Shown here: positions 58,652-64,000 of the stretch, piece after piece
How positions within the stretch are numbered: position 1 is the stretch's first letter
Layout: every line of letters begins with the position of its first letter
Source: a virus
IMG/VR virus record: IMGVR_UViG_3300037475_000064
Reading direction: 5' to 3' (one strand)
DNA length: 64,000 nt
The notes under the pieces: model-generated
Seen by the model: only the letters and a program-made list of their open reading frames with translations
The model's database searches: none
Told to the model about the DNA's origin: nothing
Program-made: the position numbers and the translations under genes

Positions 58652-60348
58652 GTTTAGTTGACAAGCATCCCGAGTTCGTAGAAAGATTGGCCGAGTGGAT
58701 ACAGATGGCCGATACCTATGCGGGCGAGCGCGTCGTCAAGTCGAAGCGGCTTGACTACCTCCCCGCGACCGAGGGCATGGTACAGGACGGCATGACAACG
58801 CCGTCTTCGCTCGGCTGGAAAGACTACGACGCGTACATGATGCGCGCCTATTTCCACGACGTAGTCAAAGATGCCGTCAAAGCCATGGTCGGCATCATGC
58901 ACAACAAGCCCGCCGTGATCAAACTTCCGAAGCGCCTCGAAGGCATGCTGGAGAAGGCGACTATCCAAGGCGAGGGCTTGCAGATGTTGCTCCGCAGGAT
59001 CAACGTCGCGCAACTCGTGTACGGGCGCTGCGGTTTGCTCGTGGACGCGCCGCAGAACGTGGACGTTGACAAGGCGACGCCGTATCTGGCGTTCTACAAC
59101 CCCGAACGAATTATCAACTGGGATGCGGGCAAGCTCAACGAGGGCATGAACGAACTCGACCTCGTCGTGCTCGACGAAGGCGGCTATCGCCGTGAAGGCT
59201 TCACGTGGAAAACCGAGAAGAAATATCGCGTGCTGACGCGCGGAGGCCAAGCCGAACTCGATAGCGGCTGGGAACGTCCGCCGGTCGGCGCTCCCTACGG
59301 CGTCGCGGTCAAGGTCAATGACACGAGCATGCCAATGCTGACCGACTTCATCTACCCGAGCATTGGCGGTAACACGCTCGACCAAATTCCGTTCGTCTTC
59401 ATCGGGGCGAACGATCTCGTACCGGAGCCCGAAGTGTCCCCGCTTCTCGGCTTGTCGAACCTCGCGCTCGCGATTTATCGGGCCGAGGCCGACTACCGTC
59501 AGACGCTCTACTTGCAGGGTCAGAACACGCTCGTCATCATCGGCGGCGCGGTTGACGAGGCCGCGCCGTCGCAACTGCGCGTCGGCAACAAGGGCGTCAT
59601 CGATCTCCGCGTCGGCGGCGATGCGAAATATATCGGCGTCTCTCCAGCGGGCCTCGGCGAAATGCGGCAATCGCTTATGGCGGACAAAGAAGCTGCCGCT
59701 GCCGAGGGCGTCGCGTTCTTGGATGTCGGCAATGCTCGCGGCGAAAGCGGCGAAGCTCTTCGCATCCGCGTGGCCGCGCGCACCACCACGATCTCGTCTG
59801 TTGCCCAATGCGCGGGCGCTGGGCTTGAGCAGGCGCTCAAGTTCGCCGCTCAGTGGGTTGGAGAAGACCCGGAAGAAGTTTCGGTCGAGCCGACCACAGA
59901 CTTCGCCGATCAGACCGTCGCTGGCGCTGCTCTGCTCGCCTTTATGCAGGCGAAGCAACTGGGCTTGCCGCTGTCTCTTCGTTCTATGCACCGCATGATG
60001 AAGCTTAACGACATGACGGAGATGGATTTTGAAGAAGAGAACGAACAGATCGAAGAGGAAGCTGCATCGATGCTCGGCGCGATGGTCGCGCCGTTCCAAG
60101 GAACCGTCACTGATGACACGTTTCTCGACGAAGATGTCAGCCCGCTATCTGATCCAGCGGCGGGCACTCCCGGCGGCACTACACCTCCCGCCGGTACTAC
60201 GCCTCCGGCTGGGCCTGCATCGACCGCCCCGCCTAATAAAAACGTTCCGATCAAACCGAACTCGCAAAGCCCGAAGGGGCACACACGCGGCTCTCCAGTT
60301 CCGCTGAAACGCAAGGTGGGCAAGAAGGGCGCGTCGGCTGGAAAATGA
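58648..60348 (+). CDS. portal protein (DUF4055-like)
   Basis: 566 aa, immediately after terL/HNH; ATG at 58648 with GGGAGAG RBS; Pro/Gly-rich basic tail. Confidence 0.7.
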   Translation: MSLVDKHPEFVERLAEWIQMADTYAGERVVKSKRLDYLPATEGMVQDGMTTPSSLGWKDYDAYMMRAYFHDVVKDAVKAMVGIMHNKPAVIKLPKRLEGMLEKATIQGEGLQMLLRRINVAQLVYGRCGLLVDAPQNVDVDKATPYLAFYNPERIINWDAGKLNEGMNELDLVVLDEGGYRREGFTWKTEKKYRVLTRGGQAELDSGWERPPVGAPYGVAVKVNDTSMPMLTDFIYPSIGGNTLDQIPFVFIGANDLVPEPEVSPLLGLSNLALAIYRAEADYRQTLYLQGQNTLVIIGGAVDEAAPSQLRVGNKGVIDLRVGGDAKYIGVSPAGLGEMRQSLMADKEAAAAEGVAFLDVGNARGESGEALRIRVAARTTTISSVAQCAGAGLEQALKFAAQWVGEDPEEVSVEPTTDFADQTVAGAALLAFMQAKQLGLPLSLRSMHRMMKLNDMTEMDFEEENEQIEEEAASMLGAMVAPFQGTVTDDTFLDEDVSPLSDPAAGTPGGTTPPAGTTPPAGPASTAPPNKNVPIKPNSQSPKGHTRGSPVPLKRKVGKKGASAGK

Positions 60349-60596
60349 GTGATCCGGCTGGGCCGCATATCGTTCGGACGTTCCGCGAAGCTATCGATAT
60401 TCTCGATCAGAGCGAACCGAAAATTCGTGACCTGATCGAGACCCATCTGATGGATGTCGCGGGCATCAATCGCACGAAGGTCAGCGACGCCATGCTGAGC
60501 CGAGATGACCTCACTCAACAGATCGCGCTTATTCGCCATCATCACATGAGGGCGGCGTTTCGTCATTTAAGGGACCATCTGCCAAGTGACATATGA
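60345..60596 (+). CDS. hypothetical protein
   Basis: 83 aa, ATGA overlap. Confidence 0.5.
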   Translation: MSDPAGPHIVRTFREAIDILDQSEPKIRDLIETHLMDVAGINRTKVSDAMLSRDDLTQQIALIRHHHMRAAFRHLRDHLPSDI

Positions 60597-61557
60597 TCCA
60601 TCACAGGCTCGCAATAACCACGGCGAGTTCGGCACGACGGATGTCGCGCTCAAAGGGCCTCAACAGACGGGAGGCGCGAGTGCGCTTGTCACTGAGCGAC
60701 CGATCAACCTTGCGGCTCATAAGGGAGCAGACACTCCCGAGGAAGCGCAGGCGCAAGCGACCCTTGTCGCGGCTGGAGCAAAACCTCTTGAGGGGCTGCC
60801 TCAGAAGCCTATCGAGTTGGCCGGACAATGGTACGTCCCCGGTCCGATTGGTCGGCTCAAGGATGCCGCCAGTGAGTACATGAAAGAGGCCGGGCTGCCG
60901 TACAACCCGCCGACCGACTACGCGAAGCTCGACAAAGAGCGAGCCGCGAAGATCGCGGACGCCTATGATCACATGAAGGACGACCCGGCCAACCCCGAGG
61001 TGAAGAAGAGCTACGACGCGCTCGTCAAGGAAACTCTGGCACAATGGAACGTGATCAAGCAGACCGGCTTGCAAGTCGAGTGGGTCAAGCCCGGGCAGAA
61101 GGACCCTTATGCGCTGTCGCCGCGTCTCGCTGCGATGGACGTGAGCGAAAATAATCATTGGTGGGGCTTCCCCACGGACCTCGGCTACGGCTCGGGCGTC
61201 GGCAAAAGCAACACGGGAGAGACGAACCCGATGCTCAGGCCGACCGGCGAAGTGATCGGCGGGCGGCCCGTGGTCGTCAATGACGTGTTCCGCATCGTGC
61301 ACGACATGATGGGGCACCTCAAAGAAGGAAATGGTTTCAGGGCCGAGGGCGAGGAAAATGCTTGGCGCTCTCACGCTGCGATGTATTCGGATACTGCACG
61401 CCCGGCGATGACTTCGGAGACGCGCGGTCAGAACTCGTGGGTCAACTACGGCCCGCACGGCGTTACGAACCGCACCGCTGACGCGGAGCATACGGTCTTC
61501 GCTCCGCAGAAGATCGGGCTCATGCCGGACTGGACAGAGAATGACGGACGACATTGA
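60586..61557 (+). CDS. head-module protein of unknown function
   Basis: 323 aa, GTG start; N-terminal DPSQARNNHGEFG; conserved-looking VHDMMGHLKEGNGFRAEGEENAW. Confidence 0.55.
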   Translation: MTYDPSQARNNHGEFGTTDVALKGPQQTGGASALVTERPINLAAHKGADTPEEAQAQATLVAAGAKPLEGLPQKPIELAGQWYVPGPIGRLKDAASEYMKEAGLPYNPPTDYAKLDKERAAKIADAYDHMKDDPANPEVKKSYDALVKETLAQWNVIKQTGLQVEWVKPGQKDPYALSPRLAAMDVSENNHWWGFPTDLGYGSGVGKSNTGETNPMLRPTGEVIGGRPVVVNDVFRIVHDMMGHLKEGNGFRAEGEENAWRSHAAMYSDTARPAMTSETRGQNSWVNYGPHGVTNRTADAEHTVFAPQKIGLMPDWTENDGRH

Positions 61558-61870
61558 GGATCACGAGCACGACGGCGAGGCGTGGGCTAAGCATCGCATT
61601 CGTACCGGACAGAAGAAGACGTTGCGTATACACGGCAGAGACCTCGCGTCGTGGGCGCGTGATATCGCCAATCAGGATGCTCATCGCATCCACACCGCAA
61701 TCAGCGTCGGCCTCACGGCTGGCGAGGATAACACAGACATCGCCCATCGCGTCATCGGCAGCCGCCGCGTCAACGGCGTCAACGGCGCGACGGAGATAAC
61801 AAGGCAACATATCCTTCGCCTCGGCAAAGGACTTTTGCTCAAGAGAAAATCCCGCATGAGCGGTGCCTGA
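61541..61870 (+). CDS. possible MuF/SPP1 gp7-like minor head protein fragment
   Basis: 109 aa; weak resemblance only (GLTAGEDNTDIAHRVIG...ATEITRQ). Confidence 0.3.
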   Translation: MTDDIEDHEHDGEAWAKHRIRTGQKKTLRIHGRDLASWARDIANQDAHRIHTAISVGLTAGEDNTDIAHRVIGSRRVNGVNGATEITRQHILRLGKGLLLKRKSRMSGA

Positions 61871-61905
61871 GTGGATGTCCACTAAGGTAATTACTGGAGG
61901 CTACC

Positions 61906-62766
61906 ATGAGACTGAAAACCATCTATGACACTGCCGAGGAAATCCCCGAAGGCTATGCCGATCTCTACACCGAGCGGAATGGCCGCTGGGAATTGACCGG
62001 CGTCGAGGGCGTGAAGACCCAAGCCGACATCGACCGTGTTCAAAGCGCGCTCGTGAAAGAGCGCAACGACCACAAGCAGACGAAGGCGGCGCTCGTGCCG
62101 TTCGAAGGTCTCGACCCGGATCAGATCAGCGCGAATGCTACTGCGCTCGAAGAGGCCCGGGCGCAACTCGAAGCCATCAACAAAGATGGCCGCATCGATG
62201 AGACCAAGCTGGAGCCGATCATCGCGGCCCGTATCCGTCAGGCCGTTGCTCCGCTGGAGCGCGACAAGACCAATCTGGAGCGTCAGCTTGACGCGCAGAA
62301 GAAGGTCGTCGTGGAGAAAGACAACGAAGTCGTGTCTCTCCGCACTTCGATCACGTCAGAGAATATCGAACGTGCGGTCCGTGACGCTGCGTCGATGGAG
62401 AAGGTCCTCCCGACCGCTCTTGACGACGTGACGCTTCGTGCCTCGCGCGTCTTCGAGAAGACCGAGGACGGTCGCATCGTCACCAAGGATGTCCCCGGCA
62501 CCACTCCGGGCCTCTCGCCCAAGGAATGGCTCAAGGACATGCAAGACAAGGCCCCGCATTGGTGGCCCACGTCGGTCGGCAGCGGCGCGCAGGGCGGCAG
62601 CGGCGCTCGCGGTACCTACGGCGGTGCGAACAATCCGTGGTCGAAGGAAGGCTGGAGCCTAACGAAGCAGGGCGCACTCGTGCGTCAGCTTGGCGAAGCG
62701 AAGGCTGGAGAGATCGCGGCGCAAGTCGGCTGCAAAATCGGAGACACGAAGCCCGTCGCAGCCTGA
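61906..62766 (+). CDS. scaffolding-like coiled-coil protein
   Basis: 286 aa, long helical/charged centre, strong GGAGG RBS, strong terminator downstream. Confidence 0.5.
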   Translation: MRLKTIYDTAEEIPEGYADLYTERNGRWELTGVEGVKTQADIDRVQSALVKERNDHKQTKAALVPFEGLDPDQISANATALEEARAQLEAINKDGRIDETKLEPIIAARIRQAVAPLERDKTNLERQLDAQKKVVVEKDNEVVSLRTSITSENIERAVRDAASMEKVLPTALDDVTLRASRVFEKTEDGRIVTKDVPGTTPGLSPKEWLKDMQDKAPHWWPTSVGSGAQGGSGARGTYGGANNPWSKEGWSLTKQGALVRQLGEAKAGEIAAQVGCKIGDTKPVAA

Positions 62767-62788
62767 TAAGTTGCCAGTAGCAAACCGA

Positions 62789-62826
62789 GCGCGTCCCGGA
62801 TACTATTCCGGGGCGCGCATTTTTAT
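62789..62826 (+). terminator. intrinsic terminator
   Basis: GCGCGTCCCGGA-TACTAT-TCCGGGGCGCGC then ATTTTTAT. Confidence 0.8.
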
Positions 62827-62838
62827 GAGGGTATGGTC

Positions 62839-63120
62839 ATGGCCGACGAAGCTTTCGCGGAGAACCCTTGGTCGGCTGAGTTCTGGAACCTCACGCGTCA
62901 AGGTCAATATATCCAAAAATACGGCATCGAAGTCGCTAAGACGAAAGCGAAGCAGGCTGGCGCGCGGTTCGGCGATCTCCAGCCCCGCGCGGGCGTCGGG
63001 CCGTTCACCCCTATCCCGAAGTCAAACTTCACTGTGATCGTGCAGCATAAGGGCATCGCCGCTCCAGTGGGCGGAGGCGGCCTCGTTGGCGCAGGATCAA
63101 GCGGCAGCGGAAATCCGTAA
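62839..63120 (+). CDS. small structural-module protein sharing the NPWS motif with the scaffold C-terminus
   Basis: ATG at 62839 (GAGG at 8 nt); ENPWSAEFWNLTRQGQYIQKYG. Confidence 0.5.
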   Translation: MADEAFAENPWSAEFWNLTRQGQYIQKYGIEVAKTKAKQAGARFGDLQPRAGVGPFTPIPKSNFTVIVQHKGIAAPVGGGGLVGAGSSGSGNP

Positions 63121-63603
63121 ATGGTTGCTCCCTTCAATCCGCCGGTCAACGGCGAGTTCTACATCGACAACGACAACGGCGAGTTCTTCCTCTTCGAAAG
63201 CGGAGCGTGGAACAAGAAGGGCCGTATCGTTCGCGCGAGTGTGGTCGGGCTCGTCAGTGTAGGGCCGTTTCCGTTCACCCCGCTCCAGCAATTCGAGTTG
63301 GCCATCGGCGAGACTGGGGCTCGCTACTACGATGCATTCAGCACCGCGCGCAGCGCGGTCTCATGTGAGTACCCGACCGCAGCCTCATGCGATGTTATTT
63401 TCACGAACAATCTCGCGGGCTACCTGAGCAGCGGCACCGACATCATCTGCATCGCGCATTTCGAGGGCGTAGCGCAAGAGGCCACGCTGACATTCACCGA
63501 CACTACCGTTCCCGCGCTCGCGCCGCTCTGGGTTGTCATGCCTGCGTCGGCTGACGCGAGCATGGCCGGGCTCCGCGCGCTGTTCGCTGGGGAGCCGATC
63601 TAA
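63121..63603 (+). CDS. hypothetical structural-module protein
   Basis: 160-aa ORF, TAAATG junction. Confidence 0.5.
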   Translation: MVAPFNPPVNGEFYIDNDNGEFFLFESGAWNKKGRIVRASVVGLVSVGPFPFTPLQQFELAIGETGARYYDAFSTARSAVSCEYPTAASCDVIFTNNLAGYLSSGTDIICIAHFEGVAQEATLTFTDTTVPALAPLWVVMPASADASMAGLRALFAGEPI

Positions 63604-64000
63604 ATGGCTTTAGCAGTAGCAAACCAAGCAGCCGGTAGTGGCACATCCATCACGTACACCGCTGCGTCGGGCTCGGTCGTCGTTCTTATCGTTTATCTGC
63701 TAGATACCAATGCCGGTTTCAACACTGTCACGGGCGTCACTGATACTGGCGGCCTAACGTGGCACCGTCGAAGTGCGGGGCGTGTTGCTGGCGCTTACGC
63801 GAATAGCTCCGGCGTCAACATGGGCTGCGAGGTGTGGTGGGCCAATGCGACTTCGGCTAAGACATCCAAGGTCATCACCCTCACATATTCCAATAGCGGG
63901 TTTTCTGTTCAAGGTCCGTTCACGCGACTGTTCACCGTCACTGGTTCGCTGACGCCATCCGCGCCATGGGACAGCAACGCGACGGCCTATCAATTTTGGA
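63604..64000 (+). CDS. hypothetical protein, 5' partial (runs off window)
   Basis: Not in the track; hand translation MALAVANQAAGSGTSITYTAASGSVVVLIVYLLDTNAGF... is open to the window end. Confidence 0.45.
   Translation, partial: MALAVANQAAGSGTSITYTAASGSVVVLIVYLLDTNAGFNTVTGVTDTGGLTWHRRSAGRVAGAYANSSGVNMGCEVWWANATSAKTSKVITLTYSNSGFSVQGPFTRLFTVTGSLTPSAPWDSNATAYQFW

Noticed and set aside
58654-60099. 481-aa ORF on the minus strand
   Set aside because: It lies fully antisense to the portal gene. Arg/Val/His-rich composition is typical of shadow ORFs in GC-rich DNA, and it has no RBS or operon context.
60601-61554. 317-aa ORF on the minus strand
   Set aside because: It is antisense to the 323-aa head-module gene within an all-plus late operon, with Arg/Leu-rich junk composition.
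1-64000. Temperate prophage with integrase, repressor and att sites
   Set aside because: No integrase, CI/Cro-like repressor, excisionase or flanking host gene is recognisable in the window. Lifestyle cannot be decided from this segment.

Overview
The window looks like one contiguous, GC-rich tailed-phage genome segment. No integrase, repressor, att site or host housekeeping gene is visible. Genes are tightly packed, with many ATGA/GTGA stop-start overlaps.

Layout:
- 18-1999 (+): small membrane proteins, probably the lysis end of a late operon.
- 2213-27424 (-): a long leftward replication and nucleotide-metabolism block. It holds a GNAT, metallophosphoesterase, VRR-NUC, AAA+ ATPase, SNF2-type helicase, HD hydrolase, family A DNA polymerase, T7 gp2.5-like SSB, a PAP2-type lipid enzyme, a DUF2800-type nuclease, and SprT and HIRAN proteins.
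- 27553-29916 (+): a divergent prim-pol/D5-type primase-helicase.
- 30161-37735 (-): a second leftward block with ParB-fold proteins, an HNH endonuclease, a DEDDh exonuclease and a C39-like peptidase.
- 37736-38810: an AT-rich, iteron-laden non-coding control region.
- 38811-47970 (+): a rightward block of small genes.
- 47899-48908 (-): a four-gene antisense island.
- 49158-64000 (+): a rightward late block ending in terS, terL, HNH, portal and scaffold-like genes.

Most notable observations:
1. A circularly permuted (two-piece) tmRNA gene on the + strand at about 31713-32194, embedded between leftward genes.
2. Seven tandemly arranged genes (50657-54513) that share a near-identical N-terminal decapeptide M-K-D-A-x-G-H-G-S-N but have unrelated C-terminal parts. 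They sit directly upstream of the packaging genes.
3. Two non-SSB proteins that end in the bacterial SSB tip motif D-I-P-F.
4. A phage-borne PAP2_3/IPC-synthase-like membrane enzyme.
5. An iteron plus AT-rich repeat region between the divergent early operons.

Functional calls rest on motifs read by eye and on remembered family signatures. None has been checked by database search.
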